Shown: positions 9,081-19,022 of the stretch, in pieces
Position numbering within the stretch: the first letter of the stretch is position 1
How the letters are laid out: each line of letters opens with the position of its first letter
Virus record (IMG/VR): IMGVR_UViG_3300020045_005976
Span: 1 to 55,536 of that record
Length of the DNA stretch: 55,536 nt
Source: a virus
Lineage: Duplodnaviria; Caudoviricetes
Reading direction: 5' to 3' (one strand)
Notes under the pieces: model-generated
Told to the model about the DNA's origin: nothing
Database searches by the model: none
What the model saw: the letters and a program-made list of their open reading frames with translations, nothing else
Position numbers and translations under genes: made by a program

Positions 9081-10373
9081 TCAGGAAATCTTCCCGTCGT
9101 TAACAACAAACACACCGACATTTTCGGGAATGTTTGCCGGACGTTCACCAACGATAGTGGCCAAAATTGACTTATTTTCAGACTTGGCTTTTTCGATGAA
9201 TTCAAAAATGGACTTCCCAAGCGATTCTGCGCGGTCAATTAAATCAAGACCAAACCCATCAGGGTAAAGCCCGGACAACTCAGATGACAGTCGCATGATT
9301 TGGGAATCTGAAATCATTCCCGCCGTGGTTCCGTCGTAAATAAAGTTGCCAGCGTCATCAAATCCAAGCCCATTGATTCCGCACGTCTCGCCAATGGATT
9401 TAAGCTTCGCCTGCTTTTCCGCCTTGATTTCGCGCTGGCGTTTTTCAAGGTTTTTCAGCGTAACATCGTCGGCCACCATCTGCGCGTGACGCACAAGGTT
9501 TTTCCGATATTGTTCCGCGCGAACATTCACCGCACCAGCGTCTTGGATTTGCTTTTCAATGTTAGACGTTTCTGGCCGGGCCGGTGAATCTTGGAAAGAT
9601 TTGATTTCAGGAATCAAAATCCCTGCGCGCTCGCTTTGAAGCGATTCAACTTGTTTATTAAGCCGATCAATCTCCCCATTGATGCGGTCGATTTCGATTC
9701 CAATATTCGACTTGCGTGCCAGTTTTGTATCGCGGGCGGCGTTCGACTCTGATGCAATTCGGTTTTCCAAGCTCACCTTGTCCGCTTTCGCGTCGTAATC
9801 GCTGCGGATTTTCGACAACTTTGATTGAAGCTCTGAAACGTCAACCGGATTGAATTCAGTCAAATCAATCTCGCCATAACCGGCAATTTTAGAACGCAAT
9901 TGCTGCGCATCGCGCTGGCTGTTGAATAGCTCAGTGTCAAGCGCGGAAGTGTCAACTTGAAACAGTTCGGCGAAGTATTGTTTGCGCTCAAGCTCACTTT
10001 TGTTGCGCAGAAAATCCTGATCAAGCAAGAAGGGGTTGAGTAGCCGCTTGATTTCAGAAACCGGCGACACGACCGGGCGACCGTTGCGAACAAAGGTTAC
10101 AGGCCGAGCCTTTGTGGTGTCGTCTTTTGCGCGATAAAACGAGCGCGCAATCATGCCGCCGTCAAAGTGCAGTTCGATTTCGCCGTCTTTCGCGCCATGC
10201 GTGATAATATCAGCCGGAAACTCGCCGCCGCAAACCCACCGAACAGCATTCAGGATTGTGGTTTTTCCTTGCTTGATTTCACCGTAAAACAAGATTAGCG
10301 GCTTGTTGATTTCAATCACCATTTCACCGGCGATTTTTCCAATGTTCTTAATGACTAATTTAGTTGGTTTCAT
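9081..10373 (-). CDS. SMC/SbcC-like AAA ATPase
   Basis: N-terminal Walker A GEIKQGKTT, long coiled coil, signature-like ISDSQ and Walker B LIDRAESL. Confidence 0.82.
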   Translation of the reverse strand: MKPTKLVIKNIGKIAGEMVIEINKPLILFYGEIKQGKTTILNAVRWVCGGEFPADIITHGAKDGEIELHFDGGMIARSFYRAKDDTTKARPVTFVRNGRPVVSPVSEIKRLLNPFLLDQDFLRNKSELERKQYFAELFQVDTSALDTELFNSQRDAQQLRSKIAGYGEIDLTEFNPVDVSELQSKLSKIRSDYDAKADKVSLENRIASESNAARDTKLARKSNIGIEIDRINGEIDRLNKQVESLQSERAGILIPEIKSFQDSPARPETSNIEKQIQDAGAVNVRAEQYRKNLVRHAQMVADDVTLKNLEKRQREIKAEKQAKLKSIGETCGINGLGFDDAGNFIYDGTTAGMISDSQIMRLSSELSGLYPDGFGLDLIDRAESLGKSIFEFIEKAKSENKSILATIVGERPANIPENVGVFVVNDGKIS

Positions 10374-10502
10374 ATTTATTTGTTTTCGTTTTTCAGTAAT
10401 TCTTGCACTGATTTTTCCGCTTCATCAAACGCGATTTGAATTTGTTGCGTTGATGGTTTTTCCGTGCCGCACAACAGCGCCAATCGCTCATTGTAGCGGT
10501 AA

Positions 10503-10721
10503 TTAAATTCTGCCGTTTGCTCGCTTATCGTCACGAATATTCCTAATGTAATTGCGAAATGATCGAGCGTATAATCTTTTGGACTTTTCCAGGCAAATTT
10601 CGCTGTTTTTTAAATTTTCACCATTGTTAAATGCGCAGCAAATACACTTTCCGAACAACTCAACCCGAATTGCCTGCTCGCAATTCTTTTCCCAATCAGT
10701 CTGGCAATTCGGACATTTCAT
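10503..10721 (-). CDS. Small Cys-rich protein
   Basis: CPNC...CICC; ATGA-coupled. Confidence 0.5.
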   Translation of the reverse strand: MKCPNCQTDWEKNCEQAIRVELFGKCICCAFNNGENLKNSEICLEKSKRLYARSFRNYIRNIRDDKRANGRI

Positions 10722-10924
10722 GGCCGGACAAATTCAATGTCTGTTGCCAGCTTGCGCCAGCGCATTTCGGCGCGGAACAAGTTATTCTGCCAGCAAAAAC
10801 AAGCCTTCTCGCGGCACGCGGTAATGATTTCTTCAATGTTGGCGGCATCGTGTGCAAAACGTGTTTCAATATCGAACAACTCAACCAGCGCGTTCAATTT
10901 GCTTATGTTCGGTGCAATGTTCAT
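10718..10924 (-). CDS. Hypothetical protein
   Basis: A-rich leader; coupled ORF. Confidence 0.5.
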   Translation of the reverse strand: MNIAPNISKLNALVELFDIETRFAHDAANIEEIITACREKACFCWQNNLFRAEMRWRKLATDIEFVRP

Positions 10925-11019
10925 TTTATTTGTTAACCGCGTTTACTTTTCCCTTTTCCTTAATCGCATAAAATCCGGCGCAACTGTATCAGTTCGACCC
11001 GCGTTTTATTTGATGACTG

Positions 11020-11048
11020 AATTTATCCCATGCGGTTTGATTTTGCAA
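11020..11048 (-). promoter_or_regulatory. Sigma70-type promoter with degenerate spacer operator
   Basis: TTGCAA-17-TAAATT; spacer contains CAAACCGCATGG. Confidence 0.5.
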
Positions 11049-11051
11049 GCT

Positions 11052-11348
11052 TTATTTTTCCTCGTTACTCAAAACTGAAGTGATGATATTTGCAAGTGAT
11101 CCAATTATTACGCGCGATTCAAAGTCGCAGAATGGTTTTTTGGCCATCGATTCGGAATCCACTACCGCAAGCCGATTATTCAAGGTTTCCGCAATGCTCG
11201 CCAAGAACTTTTTAAGCTCCTCGTTTTTCTGGTGCAATTCCAGGATGTCGTCTTTCATGTCGCAAAAAGCGAAGAAAACAGGGGATGGACTGTGTTTAGC
11301 CATCGCCTGCGGACTGCACTGTTTGTATCTTTCAATTGATCGCTTCAT
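11052..11348 (-). CDS. Hypothetical protein
   Basis: ORF; starts MKRSI like its neighbour. Confidence 0.55.
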   Translation of the reverse strand: MKRSIERYKQCSPQAMAKHSPSPVFFAFCDMKDDILELHQKNEELKKFLASIAETLNNRLAVVDSESMAKKPFCDFESRVIIGSLANIITSVLSNEEK

Positions 11349-11352
11349 ATAG

Positions 11353-11568
11353 TTACTTAATTGAGGTCTTGGGAATCATGAATTTCTCATCGTCGAAACT
11401 GTCTTTTTTCAGCTCTTTAGCGCGCTGGATTTGACTTTCAAGGGTCGAGATACTGCGGCCAAAACTAGCAAGATTTTCGTTTGCTAAATTGACGGATTGT
11501 ATGTCTTTTTCCATTAATAGCTTCATGCTTTTCAGGCATTGCTCGTGCCATTGGATTGATCGTTTCAT
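11353..11568 (-). CDS. Hypothetical protein, first gene of the left arm
   Basis: ORF immediately downstream of the divergent promoter. Confidence 0.6.
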   Translation of the reverse strand: MKRSIQWHEQCLKSMKLLMEKDIQSVNLANENLASFGRSISTLESQIQRAKELKKDSFDDEKFMIPKTSIK

Positions 11569-11586
11569 ATTATTTTTGAATTCCTG

Positions 11587-11618
11587 TTGACAATAGCTAG
11601 CTGCATGGGTATTGTCAA
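11587..11618. promoter_or_regulatory. Overlapping bidirectional promoter at the arm divergence
   Basis: TTGACAATA-N14-TATTGTCAA gives TTGACA-17-TATTGT on both strands. Confidence 0.75.
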
Positions 11619-11634
11619 GGCGAATTACAAAACT

Positions 11635-13032
11635 ATGAGCTACGAAAAATTCATTGAAAACAAAAGCCAGCTATCCGGTAATTTCGGATTTGAGCCGGTT
11701 TTTATGCCTGATTTTCTTTTCCCGTTCCAGAAAAATCTTTTGGAATTTGTTGTCCGCAAGGGGCGCGGACTAATCATGGCGGATTGCGGGCTTGGCAAGA
11801 CTCCCATCCAGCTTTGTTGGGCGCAAAATATCGTGCAAAAAACGAATGGGAGAGTTTTGATTTTGACGCCGCTTGCGGTCGGCCCGCAGCACGTCCGCGA
11901 GGCTAAAAAATTTGGCATTGACTGCGAGCAGTCGCGAGACGGAAAATTTGCATCAAAAATTGTAATAACCAATTATCAGCAATTGGGAAAATTTAACTGG
12001 CAAGATTTTGAAGGGGTGGCATGTGATGAATCCGGAATCCTTAAAAATTTCGACGGAGCAAGAAAGCAAAGCATAACTGAGTTCATGCGAAAGATTAAAT
12101 ATCGGTCGCTATACACTGCGACAGCGGCCCCGAACGATTACATAGAGCTGGGAACATCATCCGAGGCCCTTGGGGAGCTTGGTTACATGGATATGCTTTC
12201 TCGGTTTTTCAAAAATGCACAAAACAGTTTGCATCCATCTGTTTATCGGCATCGCGGGATGGATTTTCAAAAGCTGAATGAATCTGCAAAATGGCGCTTT
12301 CGCGGCCACGCCGAGAATGATTTTTGGCGCTGGGTTTGCAGTTGGGCGCGGGCAATCCGTAAACCGTCCGATTTGGGCTTTGATGATTCTGGATATATTC
12401 TCCCGGAATTGAAACTGGTTGAACATATTGTAAAGTCGGAAAATTTACGGGATGGATATTTGCTCGACATGCCCGCAGTCGGCCTATCAGAACAACGCGC
12501 CGAGCGCGCCAGAACGCTAAATGAGCGCTGCGAACTGGCGGCGGAATTAGTCAGCAATACCGGAAAGCCAGCGATTGCGTGGTGTCATTTAAATGCCGAA
12601 GGAAAACTTTTGGAAAAACTTATCCCTGATGCGGTCGAGGTTGACGGCAATGATTCCGATGAATTTAAGGAAGAGACTTTTGAGGCTTTTTCCGCCGGTC
12701 AAATTCGGGTATTAATCAGCAAGCCAATCATTGCTGGATACGGCTTGAACTGGCAACACTGCTCGCATCAAACATTTTTCCCGTCGCATTCTTTTGAGCA
12801 ATGGTATCAAGCGATTCGTCGATGCTATCGCTTTGGCCAGAAAAATCCCGTCAAAGTTGATATGATCGCCAGCGAAGGCGAGCGGGGCGTTTTGAGAAAC
12901 CTAAACAGAAAGAACGAAGCATCGGAAAAGATGTTTCAAAATTTAGTATCACTGATAAATAACGAGCTAAAAATAACAGCAAAAACAAATTCGGCTACCG
13001 AAATGACGTTGCCGAAATGGATGAATCAATAA
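11635..13032 (+). CDS. SNF2-like helicase
   Basis: ADCGLGKT, DESGILK, TATAAPND, GYGLNWQ and QAIRRCYRFGQ motifs. Confidence 0.9.
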   Translation: MSYEKFIENKSQLSGNFGFEPVFMPDFLFPFQKNLLEFVVRKGRGLIMADCGLGKTPIQLCWAQNIVQKTNGRVLILTPLAVGPQHVREAKKFGIDCEQSRDGKFASKIVITNYQQLGKFNWQDFEGVACDESGILKNFDGARKQSITEFMRKIKYRSLYTATAAPNDYIELGTSSEALGELGYMDMLSRFFKNAQNSLHPSVYRHRGMDFQKLNESAKWRFRGHAENDFWRWVCSWARAIRKPSDLGFDDSGYILPELKLVEHIVKSENLRDGYLLDMPAVGLSEQRAERARTLNERCELAAELVSNTGKPAIAWCHLNAEGKLLEKLIPDAVEVDGNDSDEFKEETFEAFSAGQIRVLISKPIIAGYGLNWQHCSHQTFFPSHSFEQWYQAIRRCYRFGQKNPVKVDMIASEGERGVLRNLNRKNEASEKMFQNLVSLINNELKITAKTNSATEMTLPKWMNQ

Positions 13033-13040
13033 AAACAAAA

Positions 13041-14021
13041 ATGAAAATTAAATCAAAAATTACAGAGGATTACGCACTTTACAACGGAGATTGCGTAGAA
13101 GTTATGTCAGGCATTCCGAAAAATTCAGTCGGCCTTTCGGTGTACTCTCCGCCATTTTGTGGCCTATATAATTATTCAAGCGACCCGCGTGACATGAGTA
13201 ACTGCGAGTCATACCAATCATTTTTTACACACTACGAATTTTGCGTCCGCGAGGTTGAGCGCATCACAATGCCCGGCAGAATATCGGCAGTTCACTGTAT
13301 GGATGTTGCCGGAACCGGAAACGGGGAGACGGCAAAAATGGGCTGCGGAGCGAACACCGGAACCGGACTAATTGATTTTCCGGGCGATATTATCCGGCTT
13401 CATGAAAAATGCGGATTCCAATTTTGTGGCCGACGCGCAATCTGGAAAGAGCCGCTTGGCGTGCGTCTTCGGACGATGGCAAAAGGATTGGCTCACGCAC
13501 AGATCGTTGAAGACTCCACCTTGTGTGACGTTGCTGGCGCTGATTACCTTTTGATGTTCCGCAAAAAAGGTGAAAATAAAATTCCAGTCGCGCATCCGAC
13601 CGGGCTTAAAAGCTACGCAGGCGAAAGAGTTATGCCCGCCGAATTGCAGGCTCTGAAAGATTTTGAAGGCAAGCAAACCGAGAATCGTTTTTCGCATTGG
13701 ATTTGGCGGCAATACGCATCATCGTTTTGGGATGACATCCGAATTGATAACGTGTTGCCATACGAGGAAAGCCGCGACCTAGACGACGAAAAGCACTGCC
13801 ACCCCCTGCAACTCGACGTTATAGATCGCGCAGTCCAACTATGGTCTAATGAGGGTGAGGTTGTTATGACTCCGTTCATGGGAGTGGGAAGCGAAGTCTA
13901 TTCCGCCGTTTCAGCTAATCGTCTCGGAATAGGTGCGGAAATAAAGGAAACTTTTTTCAATCAGGCAATCCGAAACTTGGAAAAAGTAAAAGAGCAAGTT
14001 AAATACACTAGCATGTTCTAA
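13041..14021 (+). CDS. DNA N4-C/N6-A methyltransferase (beta class)
   Basis: GDCVE, catalytic SPPF, HCHPLQ and SAM-binding PFMGVGSE. Confidence 0.9.
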   Translation: MKIKSKITEDYALYNGDCVEVMSGIPKNSVGLSVYSPPFCGLYNYSSDPRDMSNCESYQSFFTHYEFCVREVERITMPGRISAVHCMDVAGTGNGETAKMGCGANTGTGLIDFPGDIIRLHEKCGFQFCGRRAIWKEPLGVRLRTMAKGLAHAQIVEDSTLCDVAGADYLLMFRKKGENKIPVAHPTGLKSYAGERVMPAELQALKDFEGKQTENRFSHWIWRQYASSFWDDIRIDNVLPYEESRDLDDEKHCHPLQLDVIDRAVQLWSNEGEVVMTPFMGVGSEVYSAVSANRLGIGAEIKETFFNQAIRNLEKVKEQVKYTSMF

Positions 14022-14465
14022 ATGAAGACTCGCAAAAAATATCCCTGCCCTTGCGCAATCCCGAATTGCCGGGGGCAGGTTCTGAAATCAGGTCACTCCC
14101 CTTATTGCTCCAAGCATAAAACGCGGCGATGGAAAGAAAAATTTCCACTGCATTATTCCTTCAACAATTTGAGGAAGCGGGCAATGCAACGCGGCAAGGA
14201 TTTTCAGCTTTCGCGTGAGGAATACATTGAATTTGCGATAAAAACAGACTACGCGCGAATGAAAGGGAAGACAACACTGAGTCTTTCAATCGACCGAATC
14301 GACAACAGAAAAGGTTACGAAAAAACAAATATTCAGGCCATAACATTGCGTGCAAACTCAAGAAAAAGCTTCGTTCCCTTTTTCGCAAAACAAATGGCGA
14401 ACACAAATTACGAGCCGACCGCCGAAGAATTGGCCGAAATATCCGCGCAAATGACCGATTTATAA
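14022..14465 (+). CDS. HNH-like endonuclease
   Basis: LSIDRIDNRKGYEKTNIQ..N motif; N-terminal Cys/His cluster. Confidence 0.65.
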   Translation: MKTRKKYPCPCAIPNCRGQVLKSGHSPYCSKHKTRRWKEKFPLHYSFNNLRKRAMQRGKDFQLSREEYIEFAIKTDYARMKGKTTLSLSIDRIDNRKGYEKTNIQAITLRANSRKSFVPFFAKQMANTNYEPTAEELAEISAQMTDL

Positions 14466-14481
14466 TAATCCAAAATAAACC

Positions 14482-14510
14482 TTGCAATCCTAGCCGGATG
14501 GATTTAATCT
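14482..14510 (+). promoter_or_regulatory. Sigma70-type promoter with spacer operator
   Basis: TTGCAA-17-TAATCT; spacer contains CTAGCCGGATGG. Confidence 0.6.
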
Positions 14511-14544
14511 TTGCCAGTAAATCAACTTTAGCTAAAACATTAAA

Positions 14545-15597
14545 ATGAAAATTAAAACAAACACATTAAAGCAAGCTCTCGACAACCTGCGCCCGATCAT
14601 CGGTCGCAAAATGACGTTGCCGATTTTGTCCTGCGTCAAAATCTATTCCCACATGGGAAAACTCATCATTGAAGCCAGCAACCTTGATGAATTCATGAGC
14701 GAGACGCTAGATTGCGCTGATGACATAAAACCGTTTTGTGTCAACTACAAGCAGTTGTGCGATTCAATTGGCGGTGAGGAAACCGGGCTTTCCTTTCGAC
14801 CTGAATATGTTGACGTTTCCATCGGCATTGGAATGGCTTCAATTCAGACTTTGGATGTTGAAGAATTTCCACAACTGCCCAAGCAAAAATTCACGGCGCA
14901 TTCGGTCAACTGCGAAGAGCTTGCAAAATCCATCACTTCGGTGTCCTGGGCCGCGTGCGTTGAACCGTCCCGCCCTGTTTTGAACTCGGTCCACATGATT
15001 TCAGCCGCTAAAGTCCTGCGCGTTGAGTCGTCCAACGGTCGAGAGTTGGCTTATGTCGAAACACCGATCATCGGCTCGGTTTTTGATATTTCCATTCCCG
15101 TTTCATTCTCTGGCAATCTGGCCAGCACAATCATGCGCGCGGGTGGTATTTTATCCTCGTCTGATAGCTGGGTAAAATGCTCGCACAATTCTGGTGAATA
15201 TTATTGCAAGATTCTTGAGCAAAAATTCCCTGACGTTTCTCCGATTATTCGCGCGGAAAAGAAATTGCTCGGCGATGCGAAAACGAGTGAGCTTCAGCAG
15301 ATTTTTAACCGCTGCGATTTGTTTTCCGATCCGTCGCGGCCATCGACGGCGCGTGTTATTTTTTCCAGCGAGGGCGCATCGGTCGCGTTTTCGGGTAAGA
15401 ATTCAAAGCTTCAGTATTGCGCTTATGGAAATTTCAACCCTCACGAATCTAACTTGAACGCGAATAGCCTGAAAAACTGTTTGCGCGCGGTTAATTCTGA
15501 AATCGTGAAAATTCACGCAGCATCTGCTGGCGCTTTGATGATCATCATAGAAAGCGGAAACCTTTTTATCCACACGACCGAAATGAGGACGCAATGA
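14545..15597 (+). CDS. dnaN: DNA polymerase III beta sliding clamp
   Basis: TLPILSCVK, EEFP, SRPVLNSV, SSNGREL and KFPD motifs; 350 aa. Confidence 0.88.
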   Translation: MKIKTNTLKQALDNLRPIIGRKMTLPILSCVKIYSHMGKLIIEASNLDEFMSETLDCADDIKPFCVNYKQLCDSIGGEETGLSFRPEYVDVSIGIGMASIQTLDVEEFPQLPKQKFTAHSVNCEELAKSITSVSWAACVEPSRPVLNSVHMISAAKVLRVESSNGRELAYVETPIIGSVFDISIPVSFSGNLASTIMRAGGILSSSDSWVKCSHNSGEYYCKILEQKFPDVSPIIRAEKKLLGDAKTSELQQIFNRCDLFSDPSRPSTARVIFSSEGASVAFSGKNSKLQYCAYGNFNPHESNLNANSLKNCLRAVNSEIVKIHAASAGALMIIIESGNLFIHTTEMRTQ

Positions 15598-16175
15598 AAA
15601 ATGATTCAAAAATAATTGACGCTCACTGGACTAATGGTGGGACGGCGATAACAAACTTTACTGCCGACCGGCTATTGGTCTATCGGCTCGCCATAAGGTC
15701 TCACGGCGATCCTTCTTTTCGGATTGAAAATAAAACTTTTCACCCGCACACATGGAAAGGCTATTCACTTCACCGCGTCGGCGGACCTCAAGATTGTTCA
15801 GGTTTTTGGCAGGCGTTTGAAAAAGTAAGAAGCGGTGAATATGTTGAAAATTCAAAAATCACACTTATTGACCATCTCGAACCGGAAGAGGTGAAATCGT
15901 TTATGCGCAAACTCGCATCCGATATTTCGGAGCGATGCTACTGTGCTAGATGGATGGATGGCTTGGAGTTTGCGTTGTGGGAAGCGATTATGGCTGGCAA
16001 TCCGTTCGTTTACGGCGTTGGCACCATTGCGCGCGCAGAATCCGCCGTGCTGAAAACTATGGCTGATAGCCTTGGCATGTGGTTCGACCCAAGGCCGGGC
16101 AGGGAGTGTAAATGGCCATGTGGGAGAAAATTCATGCCGATGGAAAAATGGCTTGAGCTTTACGAGAAGGAATAA
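15594..16175 (+). CDS. Hypothetical protein
   Basis: Coupled ORF; ISERCYCARWMDGLEFALW. Confidence 0.6.
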   Translation: MKNDSKIIDAHWTNGGTAITNFTADRLLVYRLAIRSHGDPSFRIENKTFHPHTWKGYSLHRVGGPQDCSGFWQAFEKVRSGEYVENSKITLIDHLEPEEVKSFMRKLASDISERCYCARWMDGLEFALWEAIMAGNPFVYGVGTIARAESAVLKTMADSLGMWFDPRPGRECKWPCGRKFMPMEKWLELYEKE

Positions 16176-16176
16176 A

Positions 16177-16377
16177 ATGGAAGAATCACCACATGCAATC
16201 CAGTTTGCGTTCAATGATGGCATTGTTTCACTATTCCAGATAGACGCGAAAGCGGGCTGTTTTACAAACGAGATACACCTAACCTTGGAGCAATTTGGTT
16301 TTATTATCGCGCTGTTGAATAACAGACTTGATAATTTGCCAGAGTTCAAGCCGAAACCGCATTGCGCCACGCAATAA
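16177..16377 (+). CDS. Hypothetical protein
   Basis: ATG 1 nt after the previous stop. Confidence 0.45.
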   Translation: MEESPHAIQFAFNDGIVSLFQIDAKAGCFTNEIHLTLEQFGFIIALLNNRLDNLPEFKPKPHCATQ

Positions 16378-16582
16378 AACATTCATCCACGGCTTGACTT
16401 TTACAGTTAGGCCGAGGATGATTGTGAGTGCCGATAGTTTCGGCTTGGCGATTGATACCCGCCTAAAAGAAAGCAAAACACATGTCCCAAAAATTAACGT
16501 CTGCCGCCATCCAGCCATCCTTCAAAGAGCCGTCAAGGCCGCTTTCTGGTATCAATGGTTTGAGGGCGGCAGATTTTAGGAG

Positions 16583-16795
16583 TTGGAAAAAATGAAAAAG
16601 TTCTGCAATTCAATAAATATTGAATCCGATAAAATCAAGGTTTCGTTAATTCAGGAAGACCTGCTATTGGATAATGGGGAATCGGAAATCTGCATAACCA
16701 TGGAGCAAGTACCAATGGTGATTTTATGGCTTAAGCAAGCCTTAAAAGAGTCCAAAAACTATGGCAAAAAAGTGTTGAACAATAACGCCAGCTAA
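16583..16795 (+). CDS. Hypothetical protein
   Basis: AGGAG immediately upstream; true start may be ATG at 16592. Confidence 0.5.
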   Translation: MEKMKKFCNSINIESDKIKVSLIQEDLLLDNGESEICITMEQVPMVILWLKQALKESKNYGKKVLNNNAS

Positions 16796-16827
16796 CGGAG
16801 CATAACGATAGCATTAAATTAATAACG
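16783..16827 (+). promoter_or_regulatory. TAACG repeats upstream of the initiator gene
   Basis: TAACG at 16783, 16793, 16803 and 16823. Confidence 0.5.
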
Positions 16828-16829
16828 AC

Positions 16830-17717
16830 ATGGCATATACTAAATTATTCTCCTCAATTATAACTTCAACCATTTGGACCGAGGACGACGCAACTCGCAT
16901 TGTATGGATAACCATGCTGGCAACAAGCGACAAGAATGGCGAAGTTCAAGCCAGCATTCCCGGACTAGCCCGAATCGCTGGCGTCTCAATTGAGAATTGC
17001 GAAAAGGCTATTCGCGTATTCATGTCGCCAGACAAGCATTCCCGCACAAAAGACGATGAAGGCCGGAGAATAATCGAAATTGACGGGGGATGGGCGCTTT
17101 TAAATCATGCTAAATACAGGGCGATGGCTTCAAAAGAAGACGCGCAGCAATCGAATGCGGAACGCCAAAGGCGATTTCAGGAAAGGAAACTGAGGAATGC
17201 AAAACCTAACGCTGAAGTAACGGCTAATAACGCAACAGTAACGGACGCTAACGCAGAGGTAACGCAAGATAAGGACATAGCAGACACATATTCAAATACA
17301 TACCCACTTAAAGAAGATAGAGAGTCAACCGAGTCTTCAAAAGACGCTTCGCTTTCCCTCTCGGTCAAAATTTTTGAAGCGTGGAACGAAATGGCTAAAA
17401 AGGCGAATCTGCCACAATGCATTGCTGTGTCCGATAAGCGGAAGAAAAGTCTTGAGGTCAGATTAAAAGACGCTTTCTTCGCGCAGCATTGGTCCGCCGC
17501 GCTTGCTAAAATTCCGGCCAGTCCGTTTCTCGCCGGATGCTCAGAGCGTGGCTGGAAAGCTAGCTTTGATTGGTTTATCTCACGGGATGCTGTCATTAAA
17601 ATCATTGAGGGGAAATACGATTCGGCACCAGAAAAACCGGCAGCAAAACCGTTCAGCCAGCCATACAAGCCGCCATTTCAGCAAATGCCGCCGTCGAATA
17701 AAGGCGGAAATTTATGA
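16830..17717 (+). CDS. Replication initiator (lambda O-like position)
   Basis: YTKLFSSIITSTIW N-terminus and GWKASFDWF..IIEGKYD C-terminal domain; directly upstream of DnaB. Confidence 0.78.
   Translation: MAYTKLFSSIITSTIWTEDDATRIVWITMLATSDKNGEVQASIPGLARIAGVSIENCEKAIRVFMSPDKHSRTKDDEGRRIIEIDGGWALLNHAKYRAMASKEDAQQSNAERQRRFQERKLRNAKPNAEVTANNATVTDANAEVTQDKDIADTYSNTYPLKEDRESTESSKDASLSLSVKIFEAWNEMAKKANLPQCIAVSDKRKKSLEVRLKDAFFAQHWSAALAKIPASPFLAGCSERGWKASFDWFISRDAVIKIIEGKYDSAPEKPAAKPFSQPYKPPFQQMPPSNKGGNL
17207..17264 (+). repeat. Iteron-like array (putative replication origin)
   Basis: TAACG x6 at 17207, 17218, 17228, 17239, 17249 and 17260. Confidence 0.65.
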
Positions 17718-18979
17718 CGCAGAGACTGCCGCCACACGCCCCCGAAGCCGAACAGGCTTTGATAGGATGCTGTTTAACCTCTCCGGTTGAATGCATTCCG
17801 CAGGTTCAAGCCGTTTTGGCGGCAGAGGCATTTTACGAACTCAGAAACCGAACGATCTGGGAATTAATCGTCGGCATGGAGCCAAGCACGGTGAACATCA
17901 TCACGGTTCACCAGCGGCTAAAAGACGCCGAAACATTGGCAAATATCGGCGGCATTGAATACCTGAATGCGTGCTGTGATTCGTGCATCAGCGCCGCGAA
18001 CATTGAAAGCTGGATTGCGGATGTTGGCGAGAAGTTCACGCGCCGAAAAATAATCACGGCCTGCACGCTGGCGGTGGGGCTTTGTTACGAGCCGGACAAC
18101 TCAGTCACGCTTCTGGACACGATAGAGACAAGGATTTTAAGCATTCGGCCCAATCAGAAAAAATCAAACACCATCAAGGCGTTGGTCGGGTTGGCGCTTA
18201 ATAAAATTGAGGAAAAATTTAACAATCCAGACGCCATTGGCGGACTTTCCACCGGACTGATAGACTTGGACAAAATCAGCGACGGGATGCACGGAGGGGA
18301 AATGATTGTGATCGCCGGATTCCCATCCACAGGTAAAACGGCTTTGGCGGTGAATATTGCGGTCGAGTGCGCAATAAATCAAATTCCAGCCGCCATATTT
18401 TCAGCAGAAATGCGGCCTGTTCAATTGGTCATTCGCTCACTTTGTTCAAATTCTCGCGTGAATTACCACAAGCCGAATGAATCGCAATCCGGGCTTGAAA
18501 AAATGGTGCCGGAAGCACAGAGGTTGGCCAACGCTCCGCTTTTCATCGAACCGGCTAACGGAATGACTATCGGACAAGTCCAAGCTGTGGCCAGGCGTTT
18601 AAAGCAAAAGCATGACATCAAAATAATGGTGATTGATTATATCCAACTAATCCAAGGCGTTGGTGATAATCGCGAGTTGCAAGTCAGTTCAATTTCCAAA
18701 GGAATTAAAGATATTGCGCTTGAATTGGGGATACCGATTTTGGCACTATCGCAGTTAAACGACAATGGCCAGATGCGGGAGTCTCGCGCTATTGGACAGG
18801 ATGCCGATACGGTTTGGAAATTGGCCAATGAAGGCGATTGGAAGCCGGATATTCAGCCGATCAATTTGGAAATATCCAAATGCCGCGACGGGGAAACCGG
18901 CGTAGTCCCGTTGACATTTGTCAAGATTTACACGCGGTTTGAAAGTCGGGCAAAGATTGCAGATGAAGATGTTGGATGA
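17714..18979 (+). CDS. dnaB: Replicative DNA helicase
   Basis: PPH..EAEQ, AGFPSTGKT, FSAEM, IDYIQL, LSQLN and ESRAIGQDAD motifs. Confidence 0.95.
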   Translation: MTQRLPPHAPEAEQALIGCCLTSPVECIPQVQAVLAAEAFYELRNRTIWELIVGMEPSTVNIITVHQRLKDAETLANIGGIEYLNACCDSCISAANIESWIADVGEKFTRRKIITACTLAVGLCYEPDNSVTLLDTIETRILSIRPNQKKSNTIKALVGLALNKIEEKFNNPDAIGGLSTGLIDLDKISDGMHGGEMIVIAGFPSTGKTALAVNIAVECAINQIPAAIFSAEMRPVQLVIRSLCSNSRVNYHKPNESQSGLEKMVPEAQRLANAPLFIEPANGMTIGQVQAVARRLKQKHDIKIMVIDYIQLIQGVGDNRELQVSSISKGIKDIALELGIPILALSQLNDNGQMRESRAIGQDADTVWKLANEGDWKPDIQPINLEISKCRDGETGVVPLTFVKIYTRFESRAKIADEDVG

Positions 18980-19022
18980 TTTTTACGGTCAGCAAACAAC
19001 AAAACACAAAGAAAGAAACAAC

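Noticed and set aside
17207-17264. CRISPR-like array
   Set aside because: Repeat units are 5 bp at about 10.5 bp spacing inside a CDS; no spacers or cas genes
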